From positions 1 to 64,000 of IMG/VR virus record IMGVR_UViG_3300042402_005180: a DNA stretch of 64,000 nt. The stretch is one strand, 5' to 3'. How positions within the stretch are numbered: position 1 is the first letter of the stretch; each line of letters opens with the position of its first letter. The notes beneath the pieces were generated by a model. That model was not told where the DNA came from, ran no database searches, and worked only from the letters and a program-made list of their open reading frames with translations. Both the position numbers and the translations under genes were made by a program. Positions 46,469 to 56,700 of this stretch are shown piece after piece. The DNA is from a virus.

Positions 46469-46818
46469 ATGATAATTTCCTTAATTTCTTCGTTTTCAGA
46501 TTGTTGAAAAGCAAATCGTAGCTCGCAATCTGTGTGAAGATAATGATGTACCGTGAATGATTTTAATCTATTAAAAAAATCCTCATTTTGTTCATTATAT
46601 CGCAAAATTAAATATGAAACAAAATTTGCAATTGCTGGCAAAATTACATTATTCTCAGTGCATTGTGAACATCCAACTTCGTTGTTTGCAATTTTTTTCA
46701 TTTGATCTTTATAGTTTAACATAAAATTAAATTCTGGCAAAATAACATAAAAATCATCTTTTGCCAATGCACCTATAATATATTCTCTATCTATATATTT
46801 AATATTCATTATCCACAA
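46465..46818 (-). CDS. Hypothetical protein with CxxC
   Basis: GCSQC; coupled in the tail operon. Confidence 0.65.
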   Translation of the reverse strand: MWIMNIKYIDREYIIGALAKDDFYVILPEFNFMLNYKDQMKKIANNEVGCSQCTENNVILPAIANFVSYLILRYNEQNEDFFNRLKSFTVHHYLHTDCELRFAFQQSENEEIKEIII

Positions 46819-48530
46819 CTCCCAAGTCTATTATTATCACAACATGATAAGTATATTTTATCAAATACATTTATTCCACATGATTGGCACGATATTGTAG
46901 GTTGATATTCTTTAACTGGACATCCTGTAGCAATGTCAATTATATCTTGTATTGACACATTCATATTTCCATATGTGAATCCTCCACACCCTGCTATTTT
47001 ATCATTAGCATTAATTCCAGCTTCAACTTTTAAAAACCCAGAGCAAGGATTACATGGATCAAATATATTAGGCCCAGAAAAGCACTCTTTATCCTCTTCT
47101 CCATATTGTCTAATATTTATATTAGTATTAAATAAGCCCCCTTGAAAAAGACATGTACCTCCTGCAAATAAACAAGCATCTTCCCAAGATGTCTCATTTT
47201 CCCACCAACCACCTTCATCCATAAATTTTACCAAATATTCGCATCCCGGTGGTAAGTTTTCATCATTTTCTCCGAAATCAGGTCTTGGTATAAATTTTTG
47301 TTTGATTCTTATACATTTAAGCTCATCTAATGGTGGCAAATCAGCACAAGAACATCCTCTATCTCCTTTTCCATGATAGTTTATAAATCTAACTCCTGCT
47401 GGGCACTCTTCAGTTGGATCATCGGGTAGTCCTCTGCTTCCAGCAAATATAGCCGGATAAAATCTAAATTTTCCAGCACTACCGCATTCTCCAAGTTCAG
47501 AGTTAAGTTCACTTGCCCAAGCTCCATAGCTACAATATGTTCGAACCTTATAATATTTATAGCCACAAACCTTATAAGAGGCCCATGCATATTGATTTGC
47601 ACAAAAATTTTCTTCTGTACAGCCAGCATCTGTAACAGGAGGCTTTGATATATTGCAACATCCGCTATACTGACTATAGGGTCCAAGAATCATAAGGAAC
47701 TCATTATTTCCGCTGCTAGATACTGTTCCTCCTCCTGCCGCACCTCCTCCGATTGGTCTCCATTCATAATTAATATTAGCAGCTAAAAAATAATCACCAG
47801 ACTGTAAAGAAAAACTATTATTTCTATTTGTAAGTTGAACTACTTCTTTAACATTTAAACTAGATGGACCGTCTTTTACCATTTCTCCATATGGATTTGG
47901 CTTTACTACTCCTGAATTATTTCTAACTAATGTAAAAGTAGAATACTGAAGATTTTTACCTCTGTATATTTGTCCAGAACCAACTGAAGGAGACGAAAAA
48001 TCACCAGCAGATAAATTACTAACCATTCTACCTTCTATAATTTCTGTGCCACCGGTCCAAACTTTTCTATTGTCATCCCATCTTAAATCAACTGGCCCAG
48101 TTTTCCATTTTGATCGATCAACGGGAGTTTCTAAATTAAATACTCTACCATTTGATCCAGATGGCATTGGAAGTCCACAGACATCATATCCCCACCCTGA
48201 TAAATAAAATGGTCCCTTCCAAACCATAGGTTGCACGCTATGACTTCCGCTAGCAACTGGAAATTTTTTATGATTAAAATCTTTTGTTAATCCCGCCCTT
48301 GCAGTTATAGAATAATCATTTTTATCAAAAAAGAAATATGGATCAAGATCAAAAGAAGTTGGAGAAACATTAAATTTAAAAAATACTCCTGAACATTTAG
48401 CTGTTTGATCTATTGGTCCTTGAGTTGAAGGATACATCAAAGTTGGATCAACCGATATATTTTGCGGAACTTCTGAAATCTGTTTTGCATTCCAAAGAAC
48501 TTGTCTATATCCTGACTGAAAATTAACCAT
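46809..48530 (-). CDS. Tail/baseplate-associated protein with Cys-rich C-terminal half
   Basis: WKTGPVDLRW N-domain, GGGAAGGG hinge, about 24 Cys in the last ~285 aa. Confidence 0.6.
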   Translation of the reverse strand: MVNFQSGYRQVLWNAKQISEVPQNISVDPTLMYPSTQGPIDQTAKCSGVFFKFNVSPTSFDLDPYFFFDKNDYSITARAGLTKDFNHKKFPVASGSHSVQPMVWKGPFYLSGWGYDVCGLPMPSGSNGRVFNLETPVDRSKWKTGPVDLRWDDNRKVWTGGTEIIEGRMVSNLSAGDFSSPSVGSGQIYRGKNLQYSTFTLVRNNSGVVKPNPYGEMVKDGPSSLNVKEVVQLTNRNNSFSLQSGDYFLAANINYEWRPIGGGAAGGGTVSSSGNNEFLMILGPYSQYSGCCNISKPPVTDAGCTEENFCANQYAWASYKVCGYKYYKVRTYCSYGAWASELNSELGECGSAGKFRFYPAIFAGSRGLPDDPTEECPAGVRFINYHGKGDRGCSCADLPPLDELKCIRIKQKFIPRPDFGENDENLPPGCEYLVKFMDEGGWWENETSWEDACLFAGGTCLFQGGLFNTNINIRQYGEEDKECFSGPNIFDPCNPCSGFLKVEAGINANDKIAGCGGFTYGNMNVSIQDIIDIATGCPVKEYQPTISCQSCGINVFDKIYLSCCDNNRLGSCG

Positions 48531-51500
48531 AAAAAATTCCTCCCATTGTTGTGCCTGAGCTTTCCTTTCCTCTTACTTCAAATAGCCCGGAGTTAAATAA
48601 AGCCTTATGTTCTATAGGATATCTTTGATTCCATACATAAGCAGGGCTATAAATTTGTTCATACGATACTCCAAAACTTTCTTCAGGACTAAATCCTAGA
48701 GCCTTCATTGCAGGTTGTGAAGCAGAAGAGTGTGCGTTAATAGCTCCATAGTCTGAAGGTGATTGCGGTTTAATCTGATTAATTGTTCTCCAGAGTGAAT
48801 TATTCCAGTTTGCCCAAATGCCTTGCGCCGAACTTCTATTGATAGAATTAATTTTTTGTTTTTCCATAAAACTAAAAAAAGATTTATTTACAGGAGGAAG
48901 AAAAGCTCTTCTGATAGAATTTCTTATTTCTGTATCTATTTTAAATTTTTCTTTTTGAGAAGTAATTATTCTTTCAATATTATATCTTGCAAGTTCGCCT
49001 CGTTTTTTTGTCCAAGTTGTAAAATTATATGTAGTTTTTATTTCCTCTGAAGAAATGCTAATAGAGATAGTTGTTATATATGGTCCAGTATCAAAAATTT
49101 TATCTGATATATTCCATTTTGGAGTTTCTGAAAATTCTATATATCCTGTTTCTAGTGCATGAATACTTGTTAATTCCGCTTGAGCCATTTGTGAAGCAAA
49201 AATATTCATATCATCTGTGGAACCAAAAGTTTCTGGTTTTAAACTAGTGTCTGCACTAATATTAACTTTACCTTTTCTACCTTCTTTTGCATTAATTTCT
49301 GAACTACTATCCCATCCACTAAATGCCCACCACGGCCCCCAGACATATCTTGTACTTTTTTGAGGAACAGAAATTAAAACAGGCGGCATTTTTGCAGGAG
49401 CGATAGATCCATCAAGAATATTTTCTGAGCCAAACATATTTTGATAACCTACTTTTGTCGATTTTCCAATTTCACTATCGTCTTGGAAAATAAGTTTGGC
49501 AAGAACTCCAAATGCATTTACTTCTGTTGTATATTGATCATATATTTCAACAGATGGAACAGTAACTTTACAAAATCCATAAATTTTATTTAAAACTTTA
49601 TTTCCGGCACTATCAGTCATTAACTGGCCTGATGGAGAAGTTACTGGAAATTTTTGTCCTGCAATTTCTTGATATAGTTTTGTAACGTCAACATATCTAA
49701 TTCCCCAAGCGGTATCAACTGTTGCAGCTCCTAGTATACCTTTTTTTGTTTGATTTGCATTATCTAAATAATCGATAATTGTATATTGGCTATTTAAATC
49801 TGAATAATCAGCTAATATGCCACCCCAAATAGGATCATAACTATATAAAGGGTAGGCAACAGTGCATTTTAATCTTCCGGCTCCACCATCATAAAACGAA
49901 GTGTCAGTAATATATTTTGTAATATCATTTCCTGCCCATGCAGAATTATCAAGCTCCCAAGCGTATTCCGGTTCTTGGTCAAGCTCAATCCATCTAAAAT
50001 TATTTTCAATGCCTCCCGGCTCTGAAGGAACAGCAACTAAAAATTCTTTTCCATAAAAATCATCGGCTATTTTTTTTATTCCATTATATCTTGTATTTAA
50101 AGTTCTTTGCATTATATCTTTTTGTGCGTCTTTTGTTCCAAACATATATGACGCATATAATTCTGCGCTATCTAAACTTGTATCCATTAAATCGTGAGTT
50201 GTTTTATTTCCTTTAAAAACATCTCGAATGTCTTTTAAAGAAAAATTATCAAATCCAGAAATAGTTTTTAATGGAGTATAATAATTCAATTTTAATTGTA
50301 AATCAGTAGGTGCTGCCATCATTAATTTATGATACATATCCCAAGTTTGTCTACTCGATATAGCACATCGCATTTCAAGTAAATTTGTATCAAACCACAG
50401 AAAGTCACCCTCTTTAACAAATGAATTTCTTTGTCCAGTCATATCTAATGCATCAATAACAACTCTAATTGGACTGAAAAAATCTAAATATTGATTCATT
50501 CCAGTTCCATGATAATAAATTGTATTAATTCCAGCTCCCTTTTTACCCCAAATTGGCAACATATGACCTTGATTTGCAAACCAATGTCTAGTAGCATTAT
50601 CTCCAATAATAACTTTTTGAGAAACTAATTCAGTAGTTAGTTCTTTTCCAATTCTATATGATTTTATATTTTTTGACTCATCAGGAACTTTTAACAAATT
50701 AGTTATAATTTTTTTTACTTGATCTGAATCTGATGGTTTTTTTCTTGGCAACATTTTTAATTTTAACGCAGCTTTTTTCATAACTCCTAGATCATCAGCT
50801 ATATATCCTTTAGTTTTATCTTCATCAATATAAATGTAATAATCATACATTGTAATTTCTGAAATATCTCTTAAAAAAGAATTAAAATCAACAAATGTGC
50901 TTTTAATTCTATAGTCATTCAATTCTTTTATAGCAGTCGAAAGATCAGAAATGTCAAACTCATATTCTGTTCCACCAAAAAATAAATTTCCACCAAAAAC
51001 GCCTTTTTTACAACAATCAGTAAAATCTTTGACAAAAGTTGATATAGGATAACCTAATGAATTTCGATCTGCTCCACCAAATTTTCCGCCTTTTCCTATA
51101 TTTTCTTTATATGCATACAAATTAATCATGTTAACTGGCGTATACCAGTTTTTATCTTCAAAAGCAGATTTTGAAATATTGTAAAATTCATAATTAATAG
51201 ATGAGTTATATTGAATAACAGGTTTTGCACTTGGATTAATAATATCATTATCATCAACATAAATTGTACCAATAAAAGATCCAAGAATAAGAAAAACTCC
51301 ATCTAAAAATGAAGAAGGAGAATTAAGCTCTACCTCCCATTTTCTTCCAGAAGAAACATCTTCAACATAACTATATCTTTGTACAATTCCAGCATATTTA
51401 AAAGTTTGATTAGTATCGTCATCTATAATTTTTAACATGCAACAAGTGCCAATTTCAGGAGGCTGAAAATATACATCATCTATTTTTTTGCCCGGACGAG

Positions 51501-51621
51501 AAGGATCGTCTTCTTCTTCTACAAGAGTAATAGAACAAGAAGTATTTTCTCCATTCCATCCAGCACTTATATTTACATCTGTAACATACGCACCTAAGAA
51601 TTTTATTGGTTTTTTTATCAT
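48523..51621 (-). CDS. Large tail/baseplate hub-like protein
   Basis: N-terminal VNISAGW...CSITLVE beta-hub pattern; position downstream of the tape measure. Confidence 0.6.
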   Translation of the reverse strand: MIKKPIKFLGAYVTDVNISAGWNGENTSCSITLVEEEDDPSRPGKKIDDVYFQPPEIGTCCMLKIIDDDTNQTFKYAGIVQRYSYVEDVSSGRKWEVELNSPSSFLDGVFLILGSFIGTIYVDDNDIINPSAKPVIQYNSSINYEFYNISKSAFEDKNWYTPVNMINLYAYKENIGKGGKFGGADRNSLGYPISTFVKDFTDCCKKGVFGGNLFFGGTEYEFDISDLSTAIKELNDYRIKSTFVDFNSFLRDISEITMYDYYIYIDEDKTKGYIADDLGVMKKAALKLKMLPRKKPSDSDQVKKIITNLLKVPDESKNIKSYRIGKELTTELVSQKVIIGDNATRHWFANQGHMLPIWGKKGAGINTIYYHGTGMNQYLDFFSPIRVVIDALDMTGQRNSFVKEGDFLWFDTNLLEMRCAISSRQTWDMYHKLMMAAPTDLQLKLNYYTPLKTISGFDNFSLKDIRDVFKGNKTTHDLMDTSLDSAELYASYMFGTKDAQKDIMQRTLNTRYNGIKKIADDFYGKEFLVAVPSEPGGIENNFRWIELDQEPEYAWELDNSAWAGNDITKYITDTSFYDGGAGRLKCTVAYPLYSYDPIWGGILADYSDLNSQYTIIDYLDNANQTKKGILGAATVDTAWGIRYVDVTKLYQEIAGQKFPVTSPSGQLMTDSAGNKVLNKIYGFCKVTVPSVEIYDQYTTEVNAFGVLAKLIFQDDSEIGKSTKVGYQNMFGSENILDGSIAPAKMPPVLISVPQKSTRYVWGPWWAFSGWDSSSEINAKEGRKGKVNISADTSLKPETFGSTDDMNIFASQMAQAELTSIHALETGYIEFSETPKWNISDKIFDTGPYITTISISISSEEIKTTYNFTTWTKKRGELARYNIERIITSQKEKFKIDTEIRNSIRRAFLPPVNKSFFSFMEKQKINSINRSSAQGIWANWNNSLWRTINQIKPQSPSDYGAINAHSSASQPAMKALGFSPEESFGVSYEQIYSPAYVWNQRYPIEHKALFNSGLFEVRGKESSGTTMGGIFYG

Positions 51622-53711
51622 GGCTTAGTAAATATCCATCCTGCTGTAATTGATAATTTTCCCGCAGGCCAATCCCACGAATAATTTAAATCCGTTAAAT
51701 AAGCCTGTGTTTTTAATCCGGCATTAAATGTCCCACTTGGTATAAATTTCATAGCTGCTTCAAGAGCATTTGAAACAACTGGAGAATTAGGGTGTCTATG
51801 TTCAGCCCCATAAATAGCTTCTATTTGAATTGTTCTTTTTGATTCTTTTGTTGTATTCATATCCTGAATTATTGGCCCTTTATCTCTTCCAAGAATCATA
51901 ACTGGAATAACATGCTTTGTTCTATATATTGTTGGATTTGAAGAACCAGCAGTAACAAAATTTTCCTGAGATTGGTTGACACTTACGCTTAAAGCTCCAA
52001 AAGATGATCTCAGTGATCGAACAGTCTCAGCAATACCTTTATATGTTGCACTAAATTGTATAGATCCTGCTATTTTATTTTCAGTAATAGATGTTGTTAT
52101 TGGTTTCCAGTCAAGAACATTGTCAACAGCATAATAACTAGCATATTGATTATTTCTAAAAATTTCATCAGCAAAAGCATAAACTATAGTTCCATATGCC
52201 CACGGTTTAATGATATTTGTTGTAGAGTATGGAGAGGTAGATAGTTCTTTTCCGGGATCTTTTAATATTCCTGTTAATTGACTAGTGATTACATTTCCAC
52301 TTCCAGTTCCATAAATAGAACTTGGATAAATTGGTTGCACAGAGGAGTAAGACTCTGGATCATTAATTCTATCTGTAGTAGTTGACTGAATAGTAGGATT
52401 TGATGTTGATTGATCAATAACACCACTAGATATTAATTTTTTAAATAAAATTTGTGCATTCTTAAATTTATTTTGTCTATCTGAATTTACACCCAAAGAG
52501 TCTAATCCTTGAATTGTACCTTCTACTCTTACAATGTCATCTCCATCTTCACCCTTTTCAAAAGATCCATTTATTTCAATAGTTGCAGGATTTCTAGAAT
52601 AAAAATAATTAGTTGTAATAGAATATGACCCACCAATAATATCAATATTGGATGAGCGAATAACATTATATTCTCCATATTTTCCTGAACCGTGCATTCC
52701 GGCAGCATGTTGCTGTCCGCTTACAGAATCCCAAAAAAGATTACTAACCATTCCACTAGCGCCAACTCTTTCTCCAAGAGAATTAGTCGTGCCATTCCAC
52801 CCGTTTATAGTTGAAGCAGCAGTACCTGAAACAGAGTTGCTAACATCCCATCCTACAGGATAAAAAGCATTACTTCCAACAAAAGGGCGTCCAAGGGGAT
52901 CAAGATTAATCATTACATTAATCAAACTATCCTTCTTTTTATCATTTACATATTTGTATGCTTCATAAAACGCTTCATACTTTTGATTAGTTTGAAAATT
53001 GCTGGGACTTGGAGCAGGAGATGGAGTAGTATAACCTAAAGTAGTATTATAATCAGTTGCTGATTGATTATAAAACATTGTCTGACCCTGTGCAGAAAGT
53101 GTATGAGTTATACTATATGAGTAATAAGGATCATCTGCTAAATATCTTATAATACCATTAGCATCTGTGCCCATAACAAAATAAGACATTTTGTCTTCTT
53201 CTTTTTTAACTTCAAATTGCTCACTCGCAGTTTTTAAACGATACTTAGTTGCAATATTATCAGTGGGAGGTGTAATCGACTCAAAGTTGAATGTAACTTC
53301 TTGATAATGAATCCCCGCTGTATCTTCAGGAGGCTCTCCAACGGATACACTCATTAACTGAGCAAAGTTATAAGATACTAGTGGCTGTCCGACTGTTTGA
53401 TAATTTCCATTTACAAGAGTCATCTTATATATTTGAAGAGGACCAGATTGTAAACTAACTAGTCTATCTACAAGCTGCGAGCCTTTAAAATCAGCATATT
53501 CTACTGATTTTTGTAACAAATCTTCATATCTATCTTCTGGGGTATTTCCAATAGCGGTAAATGCGCCTCTAATGGTAATGGAATGCTTTTCGCTTACAAT
53601 TGTTCCATCGTCAAGTCTATTAAAGTCTTTAGAAATTGCAGACGCAAATCCATATTCCAATATTAACTCTTGTCCGGCAAATAAAATACTAACTTTATCA
53701 CTACTTGTCAT
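51618..53711 (-). CDS. Tail protein (distal-tail/tube-like)
   Basis: Beta-rich; position in tail operon; ATGA overlaps. Confidence 0.55.
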   Translation of the reverse strand: MTSSDKVSILFAGQELILEYGFASAISKDFNRLDDGTIVSEKHSITIRGAFTAIGNTPEDRYEDLLQKSVEYADFKGSQLVDRLVSLQSGPLQIYKMTLVNGNYQTVGQPLVSYNFAQLMSVSVGEPPEDTAGIHYQEVTFNFESITPPTDNIATKYRLKTASEQFEVKKEEDKMSYFVMGTDANGIIRYLADDPYYSYSITHTLSAQGQTMFYNQSATDYNTTLGYTTPSPAPSPSNFQTNQKYEAFYEAYKYVNDKKKDSLINVMINLDPLGRPFVGSNAFYPVGWDVSNSVSGTAASTINGWNGTTNSLGERVGASGMVSNLFWDSVSGQQHAAGMHGSGKYGEYNVIRSSNIDIIGGSYSITTNYFYSRNPATIEINGSFEKGEDGDDIVRVEGTIQGLDSLGVNSDRQNKFKNAQILFKKLISSGVIDQSTSNPTIQSTTTDRINDPESYSSVQPIYPSSIYGTGSGNVITSQLTGILKDPGKELSTSPYSTTNIIKPWAYGTIVYAFADEIFRNNQYASYYAVDNVLDWKPITTSITENKIAGSIQFSATYKGIAETVRSLRSSFGALSVSVNQSQENFVTAGSSNPTIYRTKHVIPVMILGRDKGPIIQDMNTTKESKRTIQIEAIYGAEHRHPNSPVVSNALEAAMKFIPSGTFNAGLKTQAYLTDLNYSWDWPAGKLSITAGWIFTKP

Positions 53712-56700
53712 AATCTTGTCCCACGAACGTAGATTGGTATTGAAGAATTATTTTCCGTTGGATATACTTCTCCAGAGGTATACAAATTAATTCCACTACT
53801 TGCTAAGTATGCGCCCTTTGTAAAAAGATCCAAACCTCCTGAACTATAAGTATTATACACAGTTAATGGCATACCGGCTTCTATAATTCTTTTAATAAAT
53901 AAATTCATTGAACCAGAATTTTCTACCCCATGTAGTATGTCTGATCCAAGCATAGAAAGAGATATTTGACTAAAAGAAAATCCACTAGGATTATTAACAA
54001 ATAAATCTAATACGCCGCTATTTTCAGGAAATGGATAATTTATAGTCATATTCATTCCTTGTCCATAGTCATCATAGGGGCGAGTTTTTAGACTTAAATT
54101 AAACGATCCAGAAGAATTTGGAACTCCTGTGTGATGATTATCAATCATAAGAGATAGGCTAGTAAAGTTATCTTGAGTTGTGATGGTAGCAAAAGAGTCA
54201 TTCGTTTCAACTATATTTCCATCTTCGTCCATTTTAAAGTTTGAAAAAGTTTTTACTGTTAGCGGGAAATATCCACTAAATATTGGACTTATAACTAATG
54301 TTAAACTATCTTCTGCTTTTTGATCACTTATAAATAAACTTAAATTTCCAGTAGTTGTATCAATTTGTTTAGCAAATAGATTAAGTCCAGAATTATAAAG
54401 ATCAATTTGCTTTATAAATAAATCTACACCAGTTGGCTTTGGATCATATTCACTAAATGCACTTATTCTAAAATATAATCCAGAATTATTAGGCGATCCC
54501 TCAAGAGTTTTTATACTTAATGGTAAAAATTTTCTATCTTGATATGAAGTTGAAATAATTCTTGTATTTGAAACTCCATCAAAACCATCAAGGACATCTA
54601 GTGAAGTAATAAATCTACCATCAGAAGATCCGGCAAATGAAGAGTCTGAAGGTTGTATTCTTAATATTCCTAAGTTTGAAGTATTATTACTATTTAAAAT
54701 TTTATGATGATTTCTACATTTGAATTTTTTGGAAATTCCATCATATGTAAAAAATGCATATTCATAATAATCACGTAACACAAGAGCATCATTATAAATA
54801 TCGTATTTACCATATAAATCAATTAAATAAGTTACACTACTATTAGTTGTTCCATCATATGATAAATTAGAAGTTGGAGTATACAAATTTTGATTTATAT
54901 TATTATAATTTCCAATATCAATTGTTGGAGATATTCTATGTGAATAATAATATTTATTAATTCTATGATCAAATTCATATACATTTATATAACTTATTGT
55001 TTTTGTTGTATTTCCACTATCGTCAATTTTTGACAAAGAGTCTATAACAATAAAATCATTTTCTACAGCAAAATAATTTCCAAATCCACTATTTCCAACT
55101 GAAGTTATCGTTTGAGATAAATTATAATTTATACCAGATACATCATAAATATACAACTGCTCTTGGCCTCTATATGTTGCAGACCACCCAATAAATACTT
55201 TATCTTCCGTAGAATCTAAACTCAAGCCATAATTTTGAAGTTCTTTTATTTGATCATTTGCTTTAGTTGAAGTATATGTTGTCTGATTAACAATTCCACT
55301 CATGTTTGAAAAAGCGTTTGTCTGCAAATCATATTTAAAAACTTTTGATGTTGCATCGACATAATTCATTCTTGAATTATTAGTAAATCCAGCACTCTTA
55401 ACATTCGTAGATGCGGTGCAATATATTCCACTATCTATAATATTAAATACTGCACTTTTGCCAAAAGAATCAACAAATCCATATTCATTTATATATAGAT
55501 TTTGTTCAGGCATTTCTATTCCATACACAGGATCATAACTATAATTTTTATTCCAAGAATAGTATCTAGCGCCAAGCCAATAATTATCAGATGGATTATT
55601 AAATATATTTTTTACAGTTATTACATCTATTGGAGAATTTGAAATATTGCCTTCTAGCTTATGAGTTTGATTTGTTAGTTCATACGAAGACCAAGGATTA
55701 TTTGAAACTCCTGTAGAGTTTAAATATTCAATATTATATGGAGATTTTGTAATTTTATAAAAATGAACTTTTCCATAGGGTAAAAATGTTGGTATAGCAA
55801 ATTGATTTTCAGGGATTGGAAAAATTTCTTGAGGATTTTGATTTGTTTGTTGTTGTATTATATAATCTTCAAATATTTTGAAAGAAACTTCTGCTCCCGG
55901 TTCTGAGACCATAAGAATGTATTCATTATTATTTAATTTTTTTATACGACAATCAGATCCGAATTTATTTCCGTTATCTAATGTTGTTAGCGCATTCGGA
56001 TTACTAGCAATTCTTTGATAAGGATAAAAGTTTGTCCAAGAAATCCAGCTATTTAAGCGAGACTGAAGCGTTTGCAAAGAAGAAGATGGTTCATACTTGT
56101 TAGTTTCCACTGCTCTTGAAAGTAGTGTTTGTCCGCTTCCAGATTCGACTACTGTTCTTAGTTGGGGAATAAAGCCATATCCATTTTTTCCATTTGGAGA
56201 ATAAAGAGTATGATTATATTTCCATGCAGAGCCACCAATCGCTGTCCACTGAACCCCTGAAGTTGTTAACAATCCAGATGTATCCATTGGAGAAGTAAAT
56301 GAGCTATCAAAATAAATATCAAATTTATTTTGATTTATTCCACTTATATATCTAAAACCATTAATATCTGAAAATCCAAGACCGCAACTAATTTTTATTC
56401 TGTCGCCAGTAGATAGATTGTGTCCAGACGAAGTAATAGTATTTCCACTAGCTTCAGTTACTATTCCCATTTTTTTTGTATATATATCAACTTTTCCACA
56501 AGAAGGATAATTAGCAACTTTAATAACTTCTACTGTATCAAAATATATAGAATTATTTTTAATTAAAAAGATACCATATGTTAATGGGTCTAATAGGCTA
56601 CCGTTATCGCTTGGTTGATTAAATATTTTTTTATATCTAGGAACAATATCAGGAGAATTTGGGTCAGCTAAATCTTGACCAGAAAGCGTATTATTTAAAG

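Noticed and set aside
46809-51621. Programmed frameshift joining the 1032-aa and 573-aa tail ORFs
   Set aside because: The downstream ORF has its own GGAGG RBS and ATG in an ordinary short overlap
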